Below are positions 19,646 to 26,982 of a stretch of DNA of 64,000 nt, one piece after another. Under the pieces are notes generated by a model. It had not been told where the DNA came from. It did no database searches and saw only the letters and a program-made list of their open reading frames with translations. The number at the start of each line of letters is the position of its first letter. Within the stretch, counting starts at the first letter, position 1. A program made the position numbers and the translations under genes. The stretch is from assembly GCA_041485165.1 (NCBI GenBank), contig JBGPJC010000003.1:17-64016 (forward strand). The letters run 5' to 3'. This DNA is from Terriglobia bacterium (GTDB taxonomy: Bacteria > Acidobacteriota > Terriglobia > Acidiferrales > UBA7541).

Positions 19646-20968
19646 TCAGCTCGTGACGCAGCGGAACCCCGCGTATGCGTATTGGTAGTGCGCCTGGAAC
19701 CAGTTGCGGAAGGAACGGCGCAGGAAGCAAGCGGCGGTGCGCGGGGATGCGCCCTTCATCACATAGTGCTTGCCGTCAAAAAAGTCCGCGGAGTAGCCCT
19801 TGTAGAACGGGAATGGCTCGAAGCCGGAGAATGGAGCGAACGGAGTGCAAGTCCACTCCCAGCCGTTGCCAAGCAATTCGTCCACGCCGAAGGCGCTCCG
19901 CCCGGCGGGATGCGCGCCCACCGGCGTTGGCGTCCAATGCTTGAAATCAAAGTTTCCCCGGCTGCTGTCGGGAGGCGTGTCGCCCCAGGGATAGAGCCGC
20001 TCGTGCCCTTCGAGCGTGCCAAACGCCGCGCGATGGAACTGCGCTTCGGTGGGAAGCGCCACGCCGCGCCAGCGCGCGTAAGCCGAGGCTTCGCCGTGGC
20101 TCACGTAAACCGGCCACGCCGGCGTCAGGGGCACTTCACCAAACATGGTGCGGTAATGCCACACGCCACTTTTCTCGGTCCAGAAGACGGGGCGGCTGAT
20201 GCCCGCGGCGTTCTTCCACTCCCAACCGGCGTCAGTCCACAGCGAGCGATGGTCGTAACCACCAGCGCGGAGGAATTCGAGGAACTGCGCGTTGCACACT
20301 TTGCCGGCGTCCATGGCGAAGGCGGGGACATCCACCGTGTGCGCGCGGAATTCGTTGTCCCAGCCGAAAGGCGTCTCTTCATTGGGGACCAAGCCCAGTG
20401 TCACCCGTCCCGCGGGGATTTCCACACGCCGCGGCGCTGGAGGAATAGAGTTTGTGTCCGCGTGCACGGGGCCGGAGATTTTTCTCTCCGCTGGCAACTG
20501 GTGCAGCATGTAGGCCAGAGTTTCGGCGTGCATCAACCGGTGTTCGACGGCAACCTGGATGATTTGCTCCACGGGGTAGATTGCAGGCTGCGAGTTGGGC
20601 TCTTCGAGGCACGCATCCACCTCCCGCCGCGCCCGCCCGGCGTATGCCTGGACTGCGGAAAGAGCGGGCCAATCTGCGGGCTTGTCCTGCGGCGTCTTCC
20701 CGTCCACCGGGTCAATGCCGAAAGAGAAAAGGCGGTTCAGGGCTGGGTCTACGGGGTCGCGTCCCAGAGTGTCGCGCACGATCAGGTTGGTGTCGAAGGC
20801 CTCGAGGTGTCCGACATAGAAGAGGATGCGGTGGCGCTCAGGAATCGGCCGGTCGTACAGCGCCTCGGGGCGGACCAGGCGGAACAGTTGGTCCGACACG
20901 GCACGGGCCTCGGAGAGCCGTGCGAGAAGCCTGTCCGATATCCGCTGCCGGCCGGCGGCGGGACACAT
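19646..20968 (-). CDS. egtB: sulfoxide synthase EgtB (DinB_2 + FGE-sulfatase domains)
   Basis: The N-terminal DinB-like region has HRILFYVGHLEAF. The C-terminal FGE-like domain carries GNGWEWT and RGASP-type motifs (GNGWEWTCTPF, MKGASPRT). The first ATG is at 20968, although the ORF opens at TTG 20995. Confidence 0.85.
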   Translation of the reverse strand: MCPAAGRQRISDRLLARLSEARAVSDQLFRLVRPEALYDRPIPERHRILFYVGHLEAFDTNLIVRDTLGRDPVDPALNRLFSFGIDPVDGKTPQDKPADWPALSAVQAYAGRARREVDACLEEPNSQPAIYPVEQIIQVAVEHRLMHAETLAYMLHQLPAERKISGPVHADTNSIPPAPRRVEIPAGRVTLGLVPNEETPFGWDNEFRAHTVDVPAFAMDAGKVCNAQFLEFLRAGGYDHRSLWTDAGWEWKNAAGISRPVFWTEKSGVWHYRTMFGEVPLTPAWPVYVSHGEASAYARWRGVALPTEAQFHRAAFGTLEGHERLYPWGDTPPDSSRGNFDFKHWTPTPVGAHPAGRSAFGVDELLGNGWEWTCTPFAPFSGFEPFPFYKGYSADFFDGKHYVMKGASPRTAACFLRRSFRNWFQAHYQYAYAGFRCVTS

Positions 20969-21191
20969 GGAGACACCTCCGCGTACCCGGAACAATCTGC
21001 CCTTGGGATTAGATGATGCAAAAGTCTGAAGGATTCGCCGGAGTTAAGTCAACCCCCAAGGCTCAATACCAGACGGGCCAAGCAAGAAAAACTTGCGGGA
21101 TCGTACTTACCGCGAGAATTGGCTATACTTGCTTCTCCTGCAAGAGCCCGTCCCCGCAGTGCGGCTCAGCTTGCCCGGATACGGAGACCTG

Positions 21192-21893
21192 ATGGACACC
21201 CACTACAATTCGGAACGACTGATAAGCCTTCTCCACCTGCGCTCGAGCCCGGTGGCTCTGGCCTTCCGCAGCAAAGCGCCTGCGGGGATTCCGCGTATCG
21301 CCGCCCCGGCGGTTTCGGGGTGCACGTACTGGAAGCTTGCCGCCGAGGGTGCGACCTTCTATACCGAGTCCGCCGACCACCTCGGCTGCCCCATCGGCGC
21401 GCACACCCACGGCATCGCCATGCCCGCGGAGAAAAAAGAAGAACTCGAGGGGCTGGTGCGCATCATGGTGGGACTGGAATACCTGCGCATGGAAGAGATC
21501 CCGCAGATCCCGCAACGCAAGCAACCGTTCGGTTTCGCCGTGTATGCCCCTCTGGGAGACGCGCTGTTTACTCCGGACACCGTGCTGGTGCGCGGCAACG
21601 CCAAGTCGGTGATGCTGCTGGCGGAAGCGGCTGCGGCTGCCGGCGTGCCGCACAATGCCGGCGTGATGGGGCGTCCCACCTGCGCGATGGTGCCGGTGTC
21701 GGCGGAAGCCAAGCAAGCCGGCGTCAGCGTCGGTTGCATCGGCAACCGCGTTTACACCGGTCTTGCCGATGGCGAGTTGTACTTCGCCATTCCCGGGGCG
21801 CAACTGGCCGCGGTGGTGGAAAAACTCGAAGTGATTGTGCAAGCCAATATCACGCTGGAAACCTTTCACCGTGGCCGCATGAACAGCCAGTAG
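21192..21893 (+). CDS. DUF169 domain protein
   Basis: PVALAF...CTYWKLAAEGATFYT...HLGCPIGAHTHG matches my recollection of the DUF169 pattern. The start is placed at the internal ATG 21192. Confidence 0.7.
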   Translation: MDTHYNSERLISLLHLRSSPVALAFRSKAPAGIPRIAAPAVSGCTYWKLAAEGATFYTESADHLGCPIGAHTHGIAMPAEKKEELEGLVRIMVGLEYLRMEEIPQIPQRKQPFGFAVYAPLGDALFTPDTVLVRGNAKSVMLLAEAAAAAGVPHNAGVMGRPTCAMVPVSAEAKQAGVSVGCIGNRVYTGLADGELYFAIPGAQLAAVVEKLEVIVQANITLETFHRGRMNSQ

Positions 21894-22062
21894 ACGCGCT
21901 GCGGGCGCAGCGCCGCCGCTCCTTCTGCCACTCTCCGGTGCCAGTTCGCTCTTCGTGGCGGAGCCTCGCGCCCCTCTGCTATGCTCCGCGCAGCAGCCAG
22001 GGCCTCTGCTTTCTTTCTAGCCTGCAAAACAACACACCGCGCCCGGTTGCGAGGAGGGTTCT

Positions 22063-23397
22063 ATGCTCCAACGGCGTGATTTTCTTGGTCTGCTCGGTTC
22101 GGCTGCGGTGTTGCCTGCCGCGCCGATGGCGGAGTGGGAGCGAGGCCCTTCCGCGCCGGAGGCAAATGCCGGCGGCTTGATCGAGCAGATCCTCTGTGCT
22201 CCGCAGCCCGCCATGCCCGATGACGCGCTCTTCGCGCGCGACGCGGAGGCGTACTGGGAGGGGATTCGCAAGCAATTTATTTTCCGGCCTGGATTTCTCT
22301 ATTTGAACAACGGCACGGTGGGTTCCTGCCCGCGCCCGGTCCTGCGCGCCTACATCGAAAGCATCCTGCGCGAAGATCAGCTCGAAAACGACGACACCGA
22401 GAGCTACCCGCTGTGGGGTTACGGCAATTGGGACGAGTACCGCCGGCCAGTGGCGGAATTCCTCGGCGCGCAGCTCACTGAGATTGCCCTGGTCCGCAAC
22501 GCCACTGAGGGAATCAACTACGTGGTGAACGGCCTGGATCTGAAGCCCGGCGACGAAGTGATTTACACCGATGAGGAGCACGGCAGCGGCAAAAGCCCCT
22601 GGCTGTTGAAGCAGAAACGCTACGGCGTGGTGGTGCGGGAAATCACCCTGCCCAAGCCCCCAAAGTCGAAGCAGCAGATCCTGGACCTGTTTGAGGCTGC
22701 GCGGACGCCGCGCACGCGCGTGGTCATGTCCAGCCATATCACCACCATGACCGGTTGCGTGATGCCGGCGCGGGAGATCTGCGCCTGGGCGCGCGCCAAC
22801 AACCTGATCTCCATGATTGACGGCGCGCACGTCATCGGCATGATCCCCATAAACTTGAAAGAGATGGGTTGCGATTTCTACATCACCAGCCCGCACAAAT
22901 GGCTGCTCTCTCCCAAGGGCCTGGGTGTGCTCTTCATCCGCGAAGGCGTGGCCGACCGCCTGTGGGGCACGATCGTCACCGGCGGCTGGGACGACATGCA
23001 GAACCACGCCGCGCGTTTGCAGCAATTCGGCAGCACAAGCGTCTGCCTGCTGGTTGGCCTCCGCGCGGCCATAGACTTCTGGAAGCTGGTGGGCCCGCTG
23101 CGCATCGAGCGGCGCATCCGCGACCTGCACGCCTATGCGAAAGCGCGCCTGGGCGCTCTGCCCGGTGCCGTGGTGCAATCCGCTCCCGGCGAGGAATTCA
23201 CCGCGGGATTGTGCGCCGTGGATTTCCCCGGCTTCGACCGCATGAAGTTCCAGCAGTGGGTCTACCGGGAGCACCGCATCCGCTGCCGCGGCACGTCTGC
23301 CAGCCGCTTCCGCATCAGCACGCATATCTACCACAACCGCGGCGACCTGGACCGCTTTGTGGAGGTTCTGGCGGAGTACCGCAAGCAAAATGCGTAG
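22063..23397 (+). CDS. class-V aminotransferase-fold PLP enzyme (cysteine desulfurase / isopenicillin-N-epimerase-like) with twin-arginine signal
   Basis: The N-terminus MLQRRDFLGLLGSAAVLPAAP is a Tat motif. SPHKWLLSPKG carries the PLP lysine, and the overall pattern is Aminotran_5. Confidence 0.85.
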   Translation: MLQRRDFLGLLGSAAVLPAAPMAEWERGPSAPEANAGGLIEQILCAPQPAMPDDALFARDAEAYWEGIRKQFIFRPGFLYLNNGTVGSCPRPVLRAYIESILREDQLENDDTESYPLWGYGNWDEYRRPVAEFLGAQLTEIALVRNATEGINYVVNGLDLKPGDEVIYTDEEHGSGKSPWLLKQKRYGVVVREITLPKPPKSKQQILDLFEAARTPRTRVVMSSHITTMTGCVMPAREICAWARANNLISMIDGAHVIGMIPINLKEMGCDFYITSPHKWLLSPKGLGVLFIREGVADRLWGTIVTGGWDDMQNHAARLQQFGSTSVCLLVGLRAAIDFWKLVGPLRIERRIRDLHAYAKARLGALPGAVVQSAPGEEFTAGLCAVDFPGFDRMKFQQWVYREHRIRCRGTSASRFRISTHIYHNRGDLDRFVEVLAEYRKQNA

Positions 23398-23417
23398 TCT
23401 TTCGGGAACCCGTTCAG

Positions 23418-23473
23418 AGTTGAAAGTTGAAGGTTGAAGATTCAGAGTTTCCCCCCTCCCCCTCCCCCCCCCC
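23418..23473. repeat. low-complexity junction: three (A/G)GTTGAA heptamers followed by a C-rich tract ending in a C10 run
   Basis: Read directly: AGTTGAA AGTTGAA GGTTGAA GATTCAG..., then CCCCCCTCCCCCTCCCCCCCCCC. Confidence 0.6.
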
Positions 23474-23481
23474 TGTTTTTT

Positions 23482-23660
23482 GTAAGAGTGAGAAACAAAG
23501 GAGTTGCGAGGAGGAGGTGGGGAACGTTATCAAAACACGTGGTTTTAAGTGCTGTAGAATGCACACTTGCGAGGAGCTTGCGTAAGAGTGGCCAACAAAG
23601 GAGTTACGAGTACCCGTCCAGCAGGATGGCGGGTAAGAGTGGAATCGAAAGGACTTAAAG
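23482..23660 (+). repeat. three degenerate ~29-bp direct repeats (GTAAGAGTGnnnAnnnAAAGGAnTTnnnAG)
   Basis: The copies lie at 23482-23510, 23582-23610 and 23633-23660. Spacing is irregular (71 and 22 bp). Confidence 0.6.
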
Positions 23661-23976
23661 CTGGATCGCCCCCGTATCACTCTGATTGCTCTGACGCGTG
23701 GCACTGACAGTAACCCCAAGGTATCTTATCACAGAGAATACCTAAAAGCAAGGGAAAAGGGGAGGAGCCGGATCAGGGTAGAAAGTGAGGAGGGGAGAAG
23801 AGCCTCTCGGGCAGTCACCCAACCTACCAGCCGGCCCCAGCGGTTGCGACTTGGGGTGCGTATTGATACAGTTGGTGGGGCCAACCCGACTGAGTCCACC
23901 TCTTCTACTGCCATTTAGCAATTATTAGCCGAGCTTATTACCTTAGAAATGAAAATCGAACAAAAAGCGAATAACC

Positions 23977-24013
23977 TTGTCATTCTGCACCGCGATGGTG
24001 TAAGGTGGTGCAG
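23977..24013 (+). promoter_or_regulatory. candidate sigma70-type promoter with overlapping inverted-repeat operator for the island operon
   Basis: TTGTCA (23977-82), an 18-nt spacer, then TAAGGT (24001-06). The inverted repeat CTGCACC (23985-91) / GGTGCAG (24007-13) brackets the -10 element. All of this is 17-50 nt upstream of the RHH gene ATG. Confidence 0.3.
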
Positions 24014-24029
24014 TGGACGGAAGGTGTCT

Positions 24030-24230
24030 ATGGCGTCGAATATGAAGAGATTTGGGAAAAAGAGCTCTGCGGGATCACCGCGGGCGTCGGTGACTTTCCC
24101 GCCGGACCTCTATCAAGCCCTTGAAGCGCTCGCGAAGAAGAACAAGGTCTCCGTTGCTTGGGTCGTTCGCGAAGCCGCCGAGAGGTATGTCGCTGACCAA
24201 TGGCCGCTGTTCGGGAAAAAATCGGCATGA
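24030..24230 (+). CDS. ribbon-helix-helix (CopG/Arc-type) DNA-binding protein
   Basis: SVTFPPDLYQALEALAKKNKVSVAWVVREAAERYV follows the RHH beta-strand/helix/helix pattern. GGAAGG lies upstream of ATG 24030. The stop overlaps the methyltransferase ATG (ATGA at 24227-30). Confidence 0.7.
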   Translation: MASNMKRFGKKSSAGSPRASVTFPPDLYQALEALAKKNKVSVAWVVREAAERYVADQWPLFGKKSA

Positions 24231-25162
24231 GAGGAACTTCTCCAGTACTGGCTGCGAAGTCTGAAAGAGCTCATTCGATACGCCCGCAAGCGGATTCCAA
24301 CCGGTCCCCTAACCGAGAGCCTCTACCGTTTCCGCTCAAGGATGCTGTTGTCTCCTGTCAAGATAACATTAGCTTCATGAAGTCCCTCCCCCCCGAGAGC
24401 ATGAAGCTGATCGTGACCTCTCCACCGTACAATCTCGGGAAAGAATACGAAACCAAGCGCTCAATGGATGCTTATCTCGACGCCCAGCGCCACACCATTA
24501 CCGAGGCTGTCCGGCTTCTTCACAACGAAGGTTCGATCTGCTGGCAAATCGGAAACTACGTCGAAGACGGAGAGGTGTTCCCACTCGATATCCTTCTGTA
24601 TCCCTTGTTCAAGGAGGCGCGACTCCAGCTAAGGAATCGCATTATTTGGACCTTTGGCCATGGTTTACATTGCCAGAAGCGGTTTTCTGGACGGTACGAA
24701 ACGATTCTGTGGTTCACCAAGAGCGAGCAATATACTTTCCATCTCGATGAAGTGCGTGTGCCGTCGAAATATCCGAATAAGAAGCATTTCAAAGGTCCTA
24801 ACAAAGGCAAGCTCTCGGGAAATCCTCTGGGCAAAAACCCGTCCGATGTCTGGGAGATTCCGAACGTAAAAGCGAACCACGTGGAGAAGACAGAGCATCC
24901 CTGCCAGTTTCCCGTCGGACTTGTGGAGCGCCTTGTTTTGTCTTTGACGGACGAAGGCGACGCCGTTCTCGATCCATACCTTGGTGTTGGCTCAAGCGCG
25001 ATAGCCGCGCTTAAGAATGGGCGTAAAGCTTATGGATGCGATGATGTCCAAGAATACATAGAGGAGACCTGGGAGCGAATAGGCCAGCTACGTTCTGGCA
25101 AGCTGAGGGTGCGCCCGATGAACAAGCCTGTTTATGAACCGCCGCCGAGGGAATGTGAATGA
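24227..25162 (+). CDS. beta-class (motif IV before motif I) exocyclic-amino DNA methyltransferase, N4-C or N6-A
   Basis: LIVTSPPYNLGKEY is motif IV (SPPY). HPCQFPVGLVERLV and VLDPYLGVGSSAIAA (motif I, FxGxG) lie C-terminal to it. Alternative ATG at 24200. Confidence 0.9.
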   Translation: MRGTSPVLAAKSERAHSIRPQADSNRSPNREPLPFPLKDAVVSCQDNISFMKSLPPESMKLIVTSPPYNLGKEYETKRSMDAYLDAQRHTITEAVRLLHNEGSICWQIGNYVEDGEVFPLDILLYPLFKEARLQLRNRIIWTFGHGLHCQKRFSGRYETILWFTKSEQYTFHLDEVRVPSKYPNKKHFKGPNKGKLSGNPLGKNPSDVWEIPNVKANHVEKTEHPCQFPVGLVERLVLSLTDEGDAVLDPYLGVGSSAIAALKNGRKAYGCDDVQEYIEETWERIGQLRSGKLRVRPMNKPVYEPPPRECE

Positions 25163-25623
25163 ACTTTGTCGAAGGGTATTCTCATCGCCACGGTATGGTT
25201 GAGTGGGAAAAGCGGGAACTCGACGAGTGGATCACGGATGTATTCAATGCCCCGGCAATAGCCCTTGAGGCTCACGCAACCAATGCCATTCGAGATCACG
25301 TTCGCCGTGAGCTTACAAACGAGGGCTGGTCCGATGTAGTCGCAATTGCCCCGAACTTCACGAATGTGACGGTCTTCAGCCAGAAGGATGAACTTGCGAT
25401 ACAGCTGCAAACCGGCAATGTTAGCCGGGTGTTTTATGATCTGATAAAACTTCAGTATTTGTTCAGCCGTAACAAGATCGAAGCTGCTGCTCTTGCTGTG
25501 CCGACCAAGGTGGGCGCGCAACTGCTCGGCAGTAATATCGCGAACTTCGAACGTCTATGCGGGGAACTGCAGCTTTACGACCGGATCGTGACGGTGCCAA
25601 TCTTGGTCATTGCCTTCGAATGA
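25159..25623 (+). CDS. BglII/BamHI-fold restriction endonuclease homologue (short, divergent)
   Basis: LAIQLQTGNVSRVFYDLIKLQYLF...AAALAVPTK...VTVPILVIAFE lines up with the BglII segments LVEVQFSNYPFLLNN...VAIIITK...DVPIRLVGL as I recall them. The ATG overlaps the methyltransferase stop (ATGA at 25159-62). Confidence 0.55.
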   Translation: MNFVEGYSHRHGMVEWEKRELDEWITDVFNAPAIALEAHATNAIRDHVRRELTNEGWSDVVAIAPNFTNVTVFSQKDELAIQLQTGNVSRVFYDLIKLQYLFSRNKIEAAALAVPTKVGAQLLGSNIANFERLCGELQLYDRIVTVPILVIAFE

Positions 25624-25630
25624 GGTTGAG

Positions 25631-26965
25631 ATGGTTTATAAGGTTAAGGTTTCTCCCAAGCACGAACGCGAAGCCCAGATAGCACTCGGATGCAAGAGCC
25701 CGATTGAGATGTCAGCCTTCTACGAGTACCAGAACGCACCGCAACTGCTCCCTGTGATTAGAGTCGCGATAGAGCTTTTGATCTACCGCATAGCGAATGG
25801 ACGCACCCGAACGGCGCAGCTCCGGCATGTCCGATCGCATCAGTTGGCCGTCGATTTCTTCAGCGCCGGCCAAGAGAATCAGGAGAGCCAGCAGGCTCAG
25901 CACGACATTCTCGATCGTTTTTCAAAACAAGGAAACGCATCGATCACTCCGATCGCGACCGTTCTTGGCGAAGGCAAGCAGACGGAGCCCATTCTCGTCA
26001 CTGCTTCTGGTGTGGTCGTCAACGGCAACCGCCGATTGTCGGCAATGCGCGAGCTCTACGCCAGTGGCAAAGCAACTTACAACAGTTTCAGCCACGTCAA
26101 CTGCAGGGTGCTTCCCGCCGCGGTGACCGACAAAGAAATCAAAGAAATCGAAATCCGTCTGCAGATGCAGCCAGAAACTAAGCTTCCATACACATGGGTC
26201 AACGAAGCGCTGACGATTAAGGATCTTATGGCCAATGGTTTCACTAAGGATGAAGTGATGCGCGACATGCGCAAGGAGACCTCTCAAGAAATCGATGCCG
26301 CTTTGCAGGCGCTTGTCCATGCAGAGATTTACATGAAGGACTGGCTGAAGCAGCCTGAGGAATATGATCTTGTCGAGGGCGCGAAGCAACATTTTGGCGA
26401 CATGGCGAGGCTGCTGAAGAACAAGAGCGGAGAAGAACTTGAATTGAGCCGTCGCCTCGGTTTCCTCGTCCAGGACAGCTCGAAAGAAATGGGGGATCGG
26501 GCCTATGCGTTTAATTTCAGTTTCGGCAAGAAATCCGCTGAAGTGGCCGAGGCCCTAGCTGTTCGCCTCGGCGTGGATCTGACGGCCGCAGCCACCGAAA
26601 ACAATCAATCCCCGCAGCGACTCGACATCGACATCGAAGACGAAACCGAGGGCGCAAGTTACCAACCCCTAATTGAATTATTGGATGACGCCAGCCGCCG
26701 GGAAGAAGTGTCCGAAGAACTCATCTCGGTATGCGAGAGCATTCGCTCCGCCGAACAAGATGAAAAGCGGGGGCAGGCGGCACTGAAAGCGGCGAAGGAT
26801 GCAAATACGCGGCTGCTTGAGGCCGATATCGCAACGGCCGACCCAGCGACGTATCCTGGAATCGTCGCCCAGCTCGACAGCGTCATCACGCGTGCGACGA
26901 AGCTTAAGGACGAGGTTGCGAACGCAATCTCGAAGTCGAAATCCGCGGTAACTCCGAAGAACTAA
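25631..26965 (+). CDS. ParB/Srx-superfamily N-terminal domain protein with acidic coiled-coil C-terminal half
   Basis: VIRVAIELLIYRIANGRTRT (the L..y..N.R box) and EPILVTASGVVVNGNRRLSAMREL (the ParB-like G-x-x-R-x-x-A box) are present. The ATG at 25631 is preceded by GAGGTTGAG and is 7 nt after the upstream stop. Confidence 0.65.
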   Translation: MVYKVKVSPKHEREAQIALGCKSPIEMSAFYEYQNAPQLLPVIRVAIELLIYRIANGRTRTAQLRHVRSHQLAVDFFSAGQENQESQQAQHDILDRFSKQGNASITPIATVLGEGKQTEPILVTASGVVVNGNRRLSAMRELYASGKATYNSFSHVNCRVLPAAVTDKEIKEIEIRLQMQPETKLPYTWVNEALTIKDLMANGFTKDEVMRDMRKETSQEIDAALQALVHAEIYMKDWLKQPEEYDLVEGAKQHFGDMARLLKNKSGEELELSRRLGFLVQDSSKEMGDRAYAFNFSFGKKSAEVAEALAVRLGVDLTAAATENNQSPQRLDIDIEDETEGASYQPLIELLDDASRREEVSEELISVCESIRSAEQDEKRGQAALKAAKDANTRLLEADIATADPATYPGIVAQLDSVITRATKLKDEVANAISKSKSAVTPKN

Positions 26966-26982
26966 GTCTATTGGCTCATGAA

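Noticed and set aside
18746-23388. Large antisense or out-of-frame ORFs over egtD/egtB, DUF169 and the PLP enzyme (18746-19606 +, 19682-21016 +, 21119-22180 +, 21979-23388 -)
   Set aside because: They have low-complexity Arg/Ala/Gly composition. Each fully overlaps a frame with strong family signatures. They are an expected artefact of ~65% GC DNA.
23482-23660. Possible CRISPR array (three ~29-bp direct repeats)
   Set aside because: There are only three copies and they are degenerate. Spacers are 71 and 22 bp, so spacing is not regular. No cas genes are in the window.
23699-23715. Sigma-54-like TGGCAC box
   Set aside because: The downstream element reads GTAAC rather than TTGC(A/T) at the required spacing. 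It is probably a chance occurrence.
23860-23900. tRNA-like 3' end on the minus strand (...GTCGGGTTGGCCCCACCA), which could have been an integration target at the island's left edge
   Set aside because: I could not build a T-arm/T-loop (no GTTCRANYC-like loop) or a matching acceptor stem. No cloverleaf is evident.
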